A stretch of DNA of 64,000 nt from positions 2,156 to 66,155 of the forward strand of contig JALMLS010000473.1 of NCBI GenBank assembly GCA_038496445.1. Reading direction: 5' to 3'. This DNA comes from Trichosphaerium sp. ATCC 40318. Lineage: Eukaryota; Protista; Tubulinea. A program made the translations under genes and the position numbers. Positions 1 to 13,438 of this stretch are shown here, one piece after another (within the stretch, counting starts at the first letter, position 1; each line of letters starts with the position of its first letter). The notes beneath the pieces were generated by a model. That model did not search any database and was not told where the DNA came from. It worked only from the letters and a program-made list of their open reading frames with translations.

Positions 1-596
1 GTTAATGTTATTAACATCACCAAGGCAGTTATCGTTGTTGGTACAATCAACTTTTGGATTATTTTTCCAATACTGATATTAAATTTAACTTAGGTGATCT
101 CATTCAAGGTGGAGGAGGTATAATCATCTTGGAACCGAATGCCAACATCACCATCATTGGATGTTATGACGCCACAGTACCAGTAGTGTTCACTATTGAT
201 GAACCACCAAAAAACAATACATTGACACTTGTCAAGTATGACAGATTGTGCAATGCGAGCAATACATCTCCCATTGTCCAATTGGAGATTAAGGACAATG
301 TATGCCAGTCTGTCAAGTTCGACACTGTACTTGAAGCAACACATATGGAAGTTATGGTCACATCTAAGGAATGTGATGACAATGAGGTTTCAAATGGTAG
401 TAAGACATGGGGTATAGCTGTTGGTGTTGTTGTTGTAGTTATTGTTATTGGATTGATATTATTCGTTGTTGTAGTAATGTATGTTAAGAAACAAACTAAT
501 AGAGCTTTACAAAATAATGTGCAATCAGTTGATATGTCAATGGATGATGCAGCGTCTACTGGCAGTCAAGGATCAGCCAACTCTATGTTCATATAA
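1..596 (+). CDS. 3' end of a single-pass membrane surface protein (paralog of 1508-4611); 5' part off-window
   Basis: ORF 54..596 has a TM helix (WGIAVGVVVVVIVIGLILFVVVVMYV) and is near-identical to 4016-4611. Confidence 0.8.
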
Positions 597-1507
597 CATG
601 TTTGGTAAATAAACATACGGCAAACTTTGTAGACTCCTTGTTTAACAAATCTCTTTTCAACTGATTCTTTGGCAGTAAAATATGTTCACAGTAGGTGTAG
701 GTAGCATGTAAATACAAAATTTTGGTCATCTCCATGCAATCTTGTTGAGAAGGCCAGAGTTTTTTACATAGACTATTTCACTTGTTTTAAACATGTTGTC
801 TAGACATCCAGAATGTTAGCTTACAAAACGCCATGTTCATTAGACTTCTACATTACACCAAGTCACAACCCCTTTGACAAAAATTCTAGCTAGAATTTTT
901 CACAAAACACATTAAAGGCTAGGGCCAAAATGGTCCAAACTGTTAATATGTAGAAATAGAAGTATATGAGCTGTTTATATAGTTTAGAGAATATTGATGG
1001 CATCGCCTGGCATTATATCTTTTTTGCAATGCGGTCTAAACAACGAATAGCTGTAACAGGAAGAATGGGGTTTAAATATGCGTAGTAGAACATAATTGAG
1101 GGAGGTTAGGGAGTTTTACCTTTTTATTACCGTTTTGTTTTAAACGGCGTTTTGTGGACACCCACACTCCTTTTACGCGTAACTAACAGCGTCAGGAGTA
1201 TTGTTGCTGTAATAACTGGAGCATATTCTGATACTTCCTTTTTAGGAAACACTTCTTGTTTTCAGTACTTTCACGCGCCATATCCTCATAGCAGTATGTT
1301 TTTGTATAAACGCTTGTGGAATGCTTACGTAAGCTGGCTCTAGCTTGAAAATTGTTATTCGAGAAACTTGGAATATTTCGATTGATTTGGATGCTTTGCT
1401 ACAAGGACGTGGTAGATACAATTTCTACGCGTAAGAGTAGTATACGAGCGTTTAAATTGCTTAGCTTGAGTTTCTTGCCTTAAACATCATAAATTGTACC
1501 GAAAACA

Positions 1508-4500
1508 ATGTCTGCAGCGCTTATTCGCTCTGTATTAGCCATTGCTTGTATTGTAATGGTTAAATCAGCTCTTCCAGTGTACTATGTTGCAGTAAACGAT
1601 ACAGGAGGCGACGGTAGCTCTATTGAAACGTACGTGAACATTTTAAACTCACAAGAACAACATTACAGATTTTTTGGTTTCAAGAGCGCGTATCGTTCCT
1701 TACACTCTTTAATGTACTAACGGAGTTCTCCAAATAGCGCCATATCGTATGTAAACCTTGTAGCGGCGCTACAGAATGATTCAACAGGTGTTGAACAAAT
1801 ATTCTTCCTTGGCGGCGAACACGTCATTGAAATGGATTTAAATGCTACAAATACTGTAGATATCAATGCTTTTGTTTTAAACGGAACTAGTAGCTCACCA
1901 ATCACTATTTCAAATTACATGGGTACGTGCAATCACGTTTTTCTTTTTTTTTTCCCAAAAAACGGAACAAAGCTAACGTTTGTTAAAATTATACACATGG
2001 TTGTTATGCCTCAGTGCTAATCTAAGGAAGTGTTATTGACTGGCTTTTGGTGTAGCCGAAAGCTAGACTTCCTTACGTTAGTGTATCTTTTGGAACAAAA
2101 GACGAGAGATTGCACTTAACATTTATGTGATTGATTGTTTGTCTCATCTTGGATTTTTAGGCCAACAAGTTGATTTGATCTTGCGGTACACTGGGGGAGA
2201 AATAAAAACACCACAAATAAACTTTGAACACGTGGGCACAGCTGTAATGGCGCTTCTTTCTGGGTCTAAAAATGTTATTATTTGCGGGATTAACATCCTT
2301 GGAAGTGTTGGTACGCTTGTTTGAAAACTACCACTACTACGCTGTATTCACAACCTCGTAGGGAGTGGCTACCTATTTAATGGAGCAAACATCACCTTGT
2401 GTAACTGCTCAATATCTAATGTATATGGAGAAGGTGTTCATTTTCTTTTCGGGGACCAAGTCATTATTGATAATGTTACATTTCGCCGCATTTACCTTAG
2501 ACAAAGTGCGTGGCAAGTTTTTTTTTAACTACTGACTCGTATTTGTAGCATTATACAATGACACTTACCTGGAGGGTGATGCTTACAGGGCTGGTATGTT
2601 TTGTTAACGGGCTTTTTTTTTGGAGAGGTTCTAATATTTGGTAGGAATTATATTGTTTTTTCAAACCAATCCATCAATTTCTAATTGTAGAGTTGAAGAA
2701 TGCTATGGGTATGCTGTTACTTTTGTAAACCTTAATGCACATGATAGGTTGGTATGTATTGCTATTAATAGATTGGTAGTAGTGATGACTTATATCTTCG
2801 CCTAGACTATATCAGATAGTGTGTTTGAACTCACTGATGGGTTTATTTTTGGGTACGATAATCACGGCATAATTTACATTACAAGGTATGTCAGTTAACA
2901 CAAAAAAAAAAATGTAGAAGTAACTGAAATACTGCTTTAGATGCTTATATGAAGGTTTTCCTATGACCTCCCCATACAGGCTATCACAGGGAGCGTTTTA
3001 TATATCAGAAGATTCTAATACATTAAATGTGGATAATAGTTTAGTTGTAGATGCAGGCAGTAAGAACAGAGCTCCATGCTGCTGCTGTTAATGACTTGGT
3101 TTGAAGGTTTAACTTTAAATTTTTTTGATGAAGTTTAACAACATGAATGCAACTTCATGACTTATTCAGACCAAGTCATTAACAAGCACTAACCAACTTT
3201 TATTTGCTAATTGGGATAAACAGGTCTTTTGAGTTTTACAAATGCGCAAGGAACTAGAAATCAGTCTATTTCCTTTTATTACTGCGTTTTTAGGAATGTA
3301 TCTGAAATAATACACTATCCTGATTCGCTTGCAGTTAAGTTCATCAACAACATTTTTGACGGGTATCTTTAATTGTATTCAAGTTTGTTTTTTACTCATG
3401 TACAACATAGCAACCTAACGTTTGTTGGTCCATGGTTAGGTTCAAGTACTATAAACATCTTCTTTGTTTGGAATACTAATTTGTTGTTTTAGACTACACT
3501 TACAGGAACAACGTGTTCACTCAATGGTTTTATGGTGAACCAGAAGATGTACCTGTCAATGCAAGTGCTGATAATTATGAACTTGATCCTCAATTTATGG
3601 ATATTGAGAATCAAGGTTTTGAGATCAGTCCTACATCTCCTCTTAGCTTCCTTGGCGAACACGTTCCAGAACATGAAACAGATTATTTTAATAATCCAAG
3701 AGGAGATGCGCCAACAACCATAGGTGACTATACAAGTGCTGTATCATATTATTATTAATGATAGTTTTGTTAAGGCATGCACTACAGGATACCACCTCCC
3801 ACAACTATACCTCCAACAACTGTGCCTCCAACGACAGAATCTCCAACAACTGTATCTCCAACGACTGAATCTCCAACAACTGCGCCTCCAACAACTGAAT
3901 CCCCAACAACCAAATCTCCCACAACTGAATCTCCAATTACTGAACCAACAAGTGATGCCCCAACACAGACTCCATCTTCAATTGACAAAGTTCTTGGACT
4001 TATAAATGGCACTGTCGCCAATGTTATTAACATCACCAAGTCAGTTATCGTTGTTGGTATGATAAACAAAATACGATTTTTTACCAGTACTGACATTATT
4101 TAACTTAGGTGATCTCATTCAAGGTGGAGGAGGTATAATCATCTTGGAACCGAATGCCAACATCACCATCATTGGATGTTATGACGCTACAGTACCAGTA
4201 GTGTTCACTATTGATGAACCACCAAAAAACAATACATTGACACTTGTCAAGTATGACAGATTGTGCAATGCGAGCAATACATCTCCCATTGTCCAATTGG
4301 AGATTAAGGACAATGTATGCCAGTCTGTCAAGTTCGACACTGTACTTGAAGCAACACATATGGAAGTTATGGTCACATCTAAGGAATGTGATGACAATGA
4401 GGTTTCAAATAGTAGTAAGACATGGGGTATAGCTGTTGGTGTTGTTGTTGTAGTTATTGTTATTGGATTGATATTATTCATTGTTGTAGTAATGTATGTT

Positions 4501-4611
4501 AAGAAAGAAACTAATAGAGCTCTACAGAATAATGTGCAATCAGTTGATGTACCAATGGACGATGCAGCGTCTACTGGCAGTCAAGGATCAGCCAACTCTA
4601 TGTTCATATAA
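1508..4611 (+). CDS. Multi-exon type I membrane protein: signal peptide, beta-helix-like ectodomain, Pro/Thr stalk, TM, short tail
   Basis: Signal peptide MSAALIRSVLAIACIVMVKSA; YYVAVNDTGGDGSS motif; (PTTES)n at 3790-3960; TM ~4425-4495; many short introns; internal exon boundaries approximate. Confidence 0.65.
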
Positions 4612-4977
4612 CATGTGTTGTAAATTAATAAAAACCAAACTTTATGGAGCATATTTCATACAGATATAATACCAGCAGTTACAAAGCCTTTATGATGACG
4701 TTGTGACATTTCCTTGAATGTGACATGGTTGCCACGTTATAACCCAATCGGAAGCTGTAATAACTATTCAACATTCTTCACTTGGGCATAAAATAACTTG
4801 TTAGGTACGTACCATTACGCTTGTGTTAGAGATGTTGTGGGAGTAGTCAAATCCGTTTATTACGAAAATTACTAGTGAAATTGGAAAGTTAATGCGAAAT
4901 CATTCACTGAAACCATAGCCACAATGGTTACGAATTGCCAAACCTGAAGTCGATAAACGGTTTTTTAAGACCTCTAC

Positions 4978-6305
4978 ACAAGCACCAAGGATAAACAATC
5001 AAACTCAACTGTTGCACAAGTCCTCTGGCTACACGTCAATTGCACATATGATTTGATTTTGAAACAATATTATATTGTAGAGTAACACATTCAGCTGTTT
5101 ATTATTTTTTGGCTTTGATTATGGTCCAATTATCATCTGTGATTTTTCGAAGAGTACCACATTTAGCACTGACCTGTTTAGAACCTTTAGGTTTAAGAGG
5201 TACAGCGCTTGCAATGCTATCTTTGAACACTACATTCGACAAACAATCAAGTTTGAATTTGGCTTCTTCGCCAAAGAAGTATGGAACCAATCTTCCCCAG
5301 AACACTACAGTAACAGGCTCTTTATAAGTAACAAAAGAACAACCCATTGTCATATCAGCAGTGCTTGTTATTGCGAATTCATCTTCAGAAACAAACTGTC
5401 GTGCACCGTTTGAACCTAGCTTTGAGCCTCCGTGTATACCAGTTTCAACATTACCCGTTTCAGCTACATGTGGGAAAAAAAGGTCGTATCGGTGTTCTTG
5501 GTTCAAACTAACACAAGGTGTGGATGGCTTTGTTAGACTTAAAAACGCATAGCGTAAACTATCCTCTAGTTTATCGTGTTCTTCACTCAAGACGTCCCAC
5601 GGTGCAGTGACGGTTGCAGTCTTAGTGGAAGGTAGTTTGAAAGGGTCCAAATAGACGAATAGCCAGTGTAAAACAGTCCCATCAAACTTTGTGTTGAACC
5701 CTGACAGTTTTGTTAATTCTGTGTTTAGTTTGTGGTTGAGAACTTACCTTTAGCGTTTTTTAACGTTAAGATGTTTGCGTCAGCATCTAGAAAACCTTTC
5801 GCACCTCGTTTTACGACATTTTAGACCTATTTTTATCAGCGTTGATATACGTGCACTATTTACCTCTTTTAAGTAACTACAACGTTTATTGAGTCGTTCA
5901 AACCAATCTGGGCAAGAAAATACTTCTCTAAACCATCAGGTGAATCGCCAATTTGAACCTTTGAATCGATATCGTTGAAGTGCGACTCATAAACGCGTTT
6001 ACACAATGCCTGGTCGCGCGATAATACACCATGAATAGTTTTGGAACAAGTTGATAAGTAAAGAAAGTCGTTTGGCTCTAGCCACTGGCACACTTCCCCA
6101 CATACGTCCTGTACGCGTATTATACCTTCCATTTCGGTTTGCGTTGCCTTTAACACAAAAAAAAATAGAGTTGTTTGTAAACTTTGTCCATGTGCGAAAA
6201 AAGGAATCATTCAGAGAACACATACTAATGATACCAAAATGTACTTTCCAATCAGAGAATAGAAAGACAGGGCTTTGTACATTACACAAGTTGGACGTGT
6301 CTTCT
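4978..6305 (-). repeat. Copy A of a ~1.3-kb inverted segmental duplication (copy B 23983-25347)
   Basis: Reverse complement matches 23983-25347; ORF translations near-identical. Confidence 0.95.
5102..6132 (-). pseudogene. Frameshifted copy of the F-box-like gene at 24157-25223
   Basis: Lacks 37 bp (24355-24391 in copy B) between GAT microhomologies, shifting the frame after IGDSPD. Confidence 0.85.
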
Positions 6306-6562
6306 CTAATACTGTCATCAGTGACATCACAGTCAAAAAGGTTTATCGTATGAACACCAGCAAATTCTTTGACAATATCAGAGGAGTAACTAGCAATATT
6401 GATCTTTGTTTGCTTAAGAGTGCTGGCATGTTTTAAGAGTGCTTTTGCTTGTGCGATGGTCGAAATAACAACACTTTCGTATACGATGATGTCGTGAATG
6501 ATTGATGCAAAATGATGACAAGTTTGACAAGCCGCAAATCTTGAAGCGAAAATCGAAATCAA
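6306..6562 (-). pseudogene. Truncated F-box/LRR gene fragment abutting duplication copy A
   Basis: ACQTCHHFASII...AKALLK...FAGVHTINLFDCDVTDD resembles the protein at 9842-11371. Confidence 0.6.
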
Positions 6563-8154
6563 GTTGTGTTTTTTGTAGATACAACATTTAGCTATCTATT
6601 ACTACACAGAGTGATCGCTTATTTCTTTACTTTACGCAACTTCTTACGCGACTCTTGAACCTTGCTACGCTTGTAGCTGAGTATATAAAGGAGTTAAGAT
6701 TGTATGAGCGTTTTCTTACAGCTCTAAACTGAACACGTGTTTATCTTGACTTTCATCAACCTTTCAAAAGTACGCTGGTATTTTTATGATGTTACAAAGT
6801 GGCATGCGATGTACCCCTTATGACAAGTTTGTAGACATTACCGACAGGATTAAGAAAAGCTGTATTATATTGGCCATATCATTCAAGTTAAAGTCAAAAA
6901 GTGACTTGTTCGGATATCCTGCGTTAAAAGGAATTAACGTGAAGCGTGAAAAGTTGTCTGAGAAAGGAAATTAACGTGACGCATGTAAACGTGATTGTTT
7001 TATAATTCCATCCAGTATCCCCACAAGTGCGTCATCTCTTCATAGCAGTACAAGCAAATATATAAATTACAAGAACATAGCAAGGTACATTGTTTAATAT
7101 TTGTGGGTTTACTGATCATTTCTACACATCGTCTTGTTGTTGGGCGGCTTCCCGGCACAGCTTCCATCTTGATTGCGTCTTTACCAACAATCACTAGGTT
7201 TCGCAGTGGTGGCAAACAGCATGTTCTCAACCATGTATAAGAGCTTGTTCGCGAGCATAGCCGCAGTGTCAGTTGCAAATTTGCTATAGTTAGGAGCTTT
7301 AGAAGCTGATTTGTGGGTAACCATTTTGTACCTACCCCAGATCATTGTTTCAAAATCTGTCTTTCTTGTATGCCTTTGGGTCTCTTGCCTGAAGTGCAAA
7401 ACGGCTTCAAATCACTTATTGTATCCGCATACAGTGCCTTTTCAGCTTTTAGCCATACCTGATTACCCTTGCTGGTTGTTTTGGTAAAATCAGTAGCTTT
7501 GTGAACACTTGTTCTATAGTGGTAAAAAGTTCCAAATTCGTGTTTACTTCATGTCCACTGCTTAGGGACATAAAAGCAACAATGTATTTAAAGCCTTTTT
7601 AAAACCTTGGCATTCTTGTTGACACTCTAGTCAGACATAAAGCAAGTAGTAGACAAACCTACATTACTTCTTACTATACACAAATCAATAGCAGACATGT
7701 CAGCCTAACACTCATTTTGAATGCAAACACAATACCCTTTACAAAATACAAACACAAATGAACCTAAAATAACTAACATCGGTCCAACAGTCTACTTTCG
7801 GTCTTGAGAATTCTATTTCTTCATTTTTGTCAAGTTTTTTGGTGTTCTCTTAAGTGTACACCTTAAAAGGTGCGCTTGATATGTACACCTAATAAGGCGC
7901 TTAATGATATATTGATAGCTCACATCCCAAGAAAAGTGACAGACTCAGGCTTCACATTTTGACATGTTAGGTGTTATGAAAATGTCAAATAGTCAAACAA
8001 GATCACGTAACAATAGTGCACCATTTCATTATTTACTTGCGCCTTTAAACAAATTATGAACCTATTTTGTGACTCTTTGCTTCTTGTAGAAGTTTAAGTA
8101 TAACACCATGAAGATATACAGAAATAATTATAGCTAACAGTTTTTGTCACGTGA

Positions 8155-9049
8155 TCAGTGATTGTTTGCGTTACAAAGCATTTTTGTTGCTAACTTGCAA
8201 GATAAGAAGAGTAATCCAAGCAACGAAGGGTAAATGATGACAGAACCTCTCATTCTCTTTGCTGGATCTAAAAAAAAATTGAGAAAAAAACAGAATCGGC
8301 TTCCACATTGTCTTTACCTCCTGATTGGTAACCTAGAGCATAAACAATACGCCCAATACTCCACATACCCCCGAGAGACGCTGCCCACACCTATAAAAGC
8401 ATCACAAATGGAGTTTTAATCGATGATAGCGTACAGGGTTCTGTAGGCCTCCAAAACAAAGCAACGTGATTATTTGATAATGCGATTCGAGCCTGTAGAT
8501 TATTAGATACGCTATTACATTCATAATTTTTCATTTAGTACATACATGTTTTGGTGACCACGCTGATAACAGTTAAATATCTCTTTGCTCTTATCAGTTG
8601 TGTAAAGGCTGGGTACTAGGACAATTTACATCAGAATGTCAATTGTGTTGACAACCGCTTAAACGTTTCCACTTTGAAGTACAAGCCAAACATAGTGAGT
8701 TTCCTGTCTGCCATTTTAGAAAGCGCGTGCGGTCGCACTGATTTAGGCTTTTTTGAGTCTCCCTTGAAAGGCAAACAAATAGGTACACTCGGCTTTTCAG
8801 CGCGTGTGAAGGCCGTACATTGGGTGGAAACGTTTAAGCAGGTGGCTAAATACCGAAAATTGTTTGATTAACGTACAGGTACTCCAAAAGTTTTCCTGGC
8901 CAAACCTACCATCCCTCCAATAACTGTAGCGGTGACAATTGAACCTACTGCGCTCAAGATGACCTAAATTCTATTAATACTTGTACTGGCTAGAAAGTTA
9001 CAAATACCCATCCGTATTCTGGCTGCAATGTGAATGTAACGCCGCTCAT
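8155..9049 (-). CDS. MGST3: MAPEG-family microsomal glutathione S-transferase 3-like (6 exons)
   Basis: Spliced: MSGVTFTLQPEYGW/VILSAVG..ARKTFGVP/..IFNCYQRGHQNM/LESHYQ..GGLQNP/VWAASLGGMWSIGRIVYALGYQSG/DPAKRMRG; apparent 1-nt frame break near 8607. Confidence 0.85.
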
Positions 9050-9841
9050 GCTTATTGGTTGTGTTTTATGAATTTTATATATTTATTTTGAATGCCAACG
9101 ACGTTCGCACTAAATGTTTGGCCGTGGGGAAATTTAATGTGCGAAGAGCGCTATGTAGAGCAAGTATTGTAATTTGACATACTAAACATGTCAGATGCTA
9201 CTGGTGGATAGTTTAGTATAAAGTGTACATTTGTTTGGAATCATAATTCTAACCTACTCCTAAGAGGTTTTTTTAAGTCAGGCAATCATTACAAACAAGA
9301 AAAAAACAGGATTTTTAGATTGTTTTTTGTACTCTAGACTTTTTAAAATAATAAAAAACAGCAACATGCTGATTATAATTTTTAGTTGCCATTAGCTTAT
9401 GGGATGCGCCATTGATAAATGTGACAATCTTCCAGAAAAAAGGAAGAAATTAGTGATTTGAACGCTTCGACATTATTTCATAAGCCATTAAAAACCTCCA
9501 AATTCTCACCTCCAATAGAAGGTTCAGAGCTATTATTTATGTACAATACTAAATACAATCAAAGCTTCGTTGTTAAGATCGATAGAAAAGCATATAAAGA
9601 TTTTTAGCGCTGCATTTTCTTATTCTTTATGCTTTACTTGTGAAGAAGCACACATGCTCCCGTACCATACAGCACAATGAGCCGATAGTTGTCACGTGAT
9701 AATTTTAAGAGCATTTTGAGAAACGTTTAGGAAACAGCTGATAATTCAACAAATGCGCAAGTCTTTTCCTGCTACAAACCGTCAAATAGTCAGTTTTGGT
9801 CTTCAAAAACACTTGTTGAAACAAATCTTACAAGCGCTACC

Positions 9842-11371
9842 ATGTCTAAGGCTTGTTATATATCAACGCTACCGCAGGAGATAGTACAAGAGATTCTGAC
9901 GTTCTTACGCTCATCAAATCTGAAATCAATCTCCTTAGCTTGTAAACAGTTTCTACATATTGTACGAACTGATATTGGCTTCCGCAACATTCTAGTAAAA
10001 AAGTACAACATATTCCCTCTTTCCAAGGCCAAAGGACTTTTAAAATCAACCCATCTTCATATACCCATGCTACTGAAACCAGAATCCGTCGTTTTTCTTT
10101 GTGAGGCAAGAATATTGAGGATAGATATCGACAACATCAGCGATGGTGTAATAAAATACTTAACAAATGTCCGCGAACTCAATATTGGTTACAGCAATAT
10201 CTCAGACGATGGTTTATCTGCAATTTCAAATATAGTAAACCTATCAATTTTCCCTTCCAAGAAAATTACTCCAACAGGTCTCCAATCACTCTCTAGACTT
10301 AGAAAAATACAATTGCTTGGCCAGTTTGTCACTGATAGTCATCTGGACGCTATTTCTGGAGTGTCATCTATCAATTTATCATTTTGTGATAACATAACTG
10401 ACGAAGGTATCAAGTTTCTGTCTGGTGTCGAAAAAATAACGATCAGTGAGTGTAAGCAAGTAACTGACAAGGGATATGCGTCATTGGCAGGTGTTAAAGA
10501 AGCAAAGTTTATACCTAATGGCTATACCTCGGGCTCAAACAATTTGACAGATGTTGGATTGAAAGCACTTGCTGGCATTAAGAAGCTTGCTATTTATAGA
10601 AATTCATATATAACTGATGAAGGTGTATCAGCGCTTAGGGGTATACATACAATAGATATGCATCGATGTAATATTACTGATAAGTGTATGAAGGCGCTGT
10701 CAGGTGTTCACACAATTAACATTAGCGATGCAAGTGTAACCAGCGCAGGTCTTCAACACCTCAAAGGTGTACACACAATTATATTGGATGACTGCTGGTT
10801 TGTATCGTCTCTTGGTATATCATACCTTGCAGGTGTACATACAATATCATTAAGTGGTTGTAACATGATCACTGATGAAGGTGTTTCAACATTAAGCGGT
10901 GTAAAAAAGATCAATCTAGAAAAGTGCGACCAAATAACTGACTTGTCGTTGAAAGCATTAAAAGGTGTTGAACAGATCAAACTCGATTACTGTGATAAGA
11001 TTACAGATAAAGGTTTAATGTATATTTCTGGAGCTTATGACGTCAGTTTGGCATGTTGCAACGAAATTACAGACAAAGGAATAAGACACCTTGTCGGAGT
11101 TAAAAAACTGGATATTTCTGGATGCTACAATATTACAAACAACAGCATTATACCTCTGTATGGCATCAAAGATTTAACAGCAAATGACTGTCCTCTCATC
11201 ACCGATTACGGGATCTTGTATCTGTTTGGTCCTCTTAAGCATTGCATTTGTAATTCTGTGTCACCAAGGATGGCTTATTTCTTTTTTTGGTCTTGTGGTA
11301 CAATGATAAGGAATGAACAACCACCTGCATACTTAAATCTAGAACAACGTTCACCATACTCAAACCAATAA
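9842..11371 (+). CDS. Intronless F-box / leucine-rich-repeat protein
   Basis: N-terminal LPQEIVQEILTFL..LKSISLACKQF; many LxGVxxIxLxxCxxITDxG repeats. Confidence 0.92.
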   Translation: MSKACYISTLPQEIVQEILTFLRSSNLKSISLACKQFLHIVRTDIGFRNILVKKYNIFPLSKAKGLLKSTHLHIPMLLKPESVVFLCEARILRIDIDNISDGVIKYLTNVRELNIGYSNISDDGLSAISNIVNLSIFPSKKITPTGLQSLSRLRKIQLLGQFVTDSHLDAISGVSSINLSFCDNITDEGIKFLSGVEKITISECKQVTDKGYASLAGVKEAKFIPNGYTSGSNNLTDVGLKALAGIKKLAIYRNSYITDEGVSALRGIHTIDMHRCNITDKCMKALSGVHTINISDASVTSAGLQHLKGVHTIILDDCWFVSSLGISYLAGVHTISLSGCNMITDEGVSTLSGVKKINLEKCDQITDLSLKALKGVEQIKLDYCDKITDKGLMYISGAYDVSLACCNEITDKGIRHLVGVKKLDISGCYNITNNSIIPLYGIKDLTANDCPLITDYGILYLFGPLKHCICNSVSPRMAYFFFWSCGTMIRNEQPPAYLNLEQRSPYSNQ

Positions 11372-11600
11372 GAAGATATATTGTACTTGATTCTTTCCAA
11401 TAAAACAAGATGACTTTTTTTGTTTTTGTTTAAGTTCTGTAACGTTTGCCACGATATTTCAGAGTTACTTAAATGGTGAAAAACCAACTCAATCTTGAGT
11501 TTACATAACATAAGGTGACAATCCAATTTTAGCTAACTGGTTCTATTTCATTGAACCAAAGACAAATAAACTTAGTTTGTTTTCTATAAAACAGACATTA

Positions 11601-11745
11601 ATGTCAGCTAGTACTACTTACTCATGGCACATTATAAATTAATTCTTATTGAAGATTTAGGCGTTGGTAAAACAGCAATTACTTTCGAGTCATTTCTATG
11701 AGAGTTTGGGACCTTCAACCAATACAAATTACTCGATGCTTGTAA
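11601..11745 (+). pseudogene. Degenerate Ras-superfamily GTPase N-terminal fragment
   Basis: INLILIEDLGVGKTAIT (damaged P-loop) followed by an in-frame stop. Confidence 0.4.
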
Positions 11746-12069
11746 GCTATTTTTAGTTATTATTTTTTTTAGCCTTGTTTTCTGGTTGTCTTAATGGTAT
11801 GTTCTGGTAATTGATGAGTTTATCAAATGCAATACTGCTTCAAAGCTGTAGAGTGTTACTATGTATTTATGTAACCTAGTCGTTTGTCTAGCTATCTATG
11901 TGTGAATAGCTTCTTGTGAACGGCATCACTATACAATTTGTAGTGAACAAGTTTACAAGGTAGTTTTAGCAAGGATCAAGTACAGATACAAACTTGTATA
12001 CAGGTGTGGAAGACAAGTAACATAAATGATAAGAAGGTTTATTAAAAATACAAAAAGCTGTTACAGTGT

Positions 12070-13438
12070 TTAGAACATCTTTCTGTGTATGATGGTTGGA
12101 CCAAAATCATCATACTCTTCTTTGGATAGCCACATATTTGCAAAAGTGGATAGGGAAGCGAGGATAGATCCTCCAATCCATACAGAGTATTTTCTCTCAG
12201 GTGGAGCAATGACGTTGATCGTTCTGCAAGGAGCTAGAGCTGTCAACTCTTTTTGTATACGGTCAGCAACACCTGGGAACATAGTAGAACCACCAGAAAG
12301 GACAACATCTCTATACAAGTCTTTACGGATATCAGTTTCGCACTTCATGATGGAGTTGTATATTGTCTCGTGTATGCCTGCAGATTCCATACCAAGGAAA
12401 GAAGGTTGGAAGAGAGCTTCTGGACATCTGAAACGCTCATTGCCGATAGTGATCACTTGACCGTCTGGTAACTCATAAGACTTCTCTAGTGAAGAAGATG
12501 AAGCAGCTGTGGCCATCTCTTGTTCAAAGTCTAGAGCAACATAGCAGAGTTTCTCCTTGATATCTCGTACGATTTCTCGTTCAGCTGTTGTGGTGAAAGA
12601 GTAACCACGTTCAGTGAGCATTTTCATTAAGTAATCAGTGAGATCATGACCAGCCAAATCCAATCGTATGGTAGCATGAGAAAGGGCATGACTTTCATAA
12701 ATTGGTACTGCGTGGGTAACACCATCACCAGAATCGAGGACAATACCTAAAAAAAAAGTAAGATTCAAAGCAAGCCGTATTTTCTGTGTATTAACCAATA
12801 CGTACCAGTTGTACGTCCAGAAGCAAACAAAGATAACACAGACTCTATGGCCACATACATTGCCGGGGAGTTGAATGTCTCAAACATAATTTGGGTCATC
12901 TTCTCTCTAACACGAAGGTAAGTAAAAACAATTTGCAGAAAATAAACGATGGATTGATCTGTTCAAAACCAATAAATCAATTACGTACCTGTTAGCTTTT
13001 GTGGTCAATGGCGCTTCAGTGAGGAGAACTGGATGCTCTTCTGGGGCGACACAGAGTTCATTGTAGAATGTATGATGCCAGATTTTCTCCATATCGTCCC
13101 AGTTGGTGATAATACCGCGTTCAATTGGGTACTTCAATGTGAGGATACGTTTTGATTGAGCCTCATCTCCAACACATGAGTCTTTTAGTTCCATACCAAC
13201 AATAGTATCAGGATGTCTTGGGCGACCGACAATAGATGGGATGACAGCACGAGGTGCATCATCACCAGCAAAACCGGCTTTGCACATACCAGATCCATTG
13301 TCTACTACAAGGGCTTGTACTAGGTGAAGTCAGAGAAAGTAATTTAGCGGAGGTCTCTTTTTGGTTTTATTTTTGTTTTACTCCAAAAATGCTGTAGTGA
13401 CAATAGTATTATGTTAGAGCCGTACCATTACCATCCAT
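12070..13438 (-). CDS. act: Actin paralog 1 (moderately divergent, 4 exons)
   Basis: [45 protein letters not shown]../[14 protein letters not shown]; GT-AG introns; small in-frame deletions. Confidence 0.95.

Noticed and set aside
879-900. 22-bp perfect palindrome (also 23859-23876 and a hairpin at ~54752-54788)
   Set aside because: Isolated, AT-rich, unrelated to each other; no linked element
3780-3960. Short periodic repeats (also 35505-35670, 58440-58620) as CRISPR-like arrays
   Set aside because: No unique spacers; in-frame coding repeats
6600-7700. Coding-looking minus-strand fragments
   Set aside because: Multiple stops, no recognisable family; probably a decayed gene
8595-8620. Frame breaks in MGST3 (also ~22905, ~42110, ~56075) as programmed frameshifting or editing
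   Set aside because: They fall at short homopolymers; sequencing error, alternative splice sites or null alleles are simpler
12089-12471. Recurrent antisense ORFs over the three actins and the duplicated genes
   Set aside because: Shadow ORFs from conservation of the sense strand
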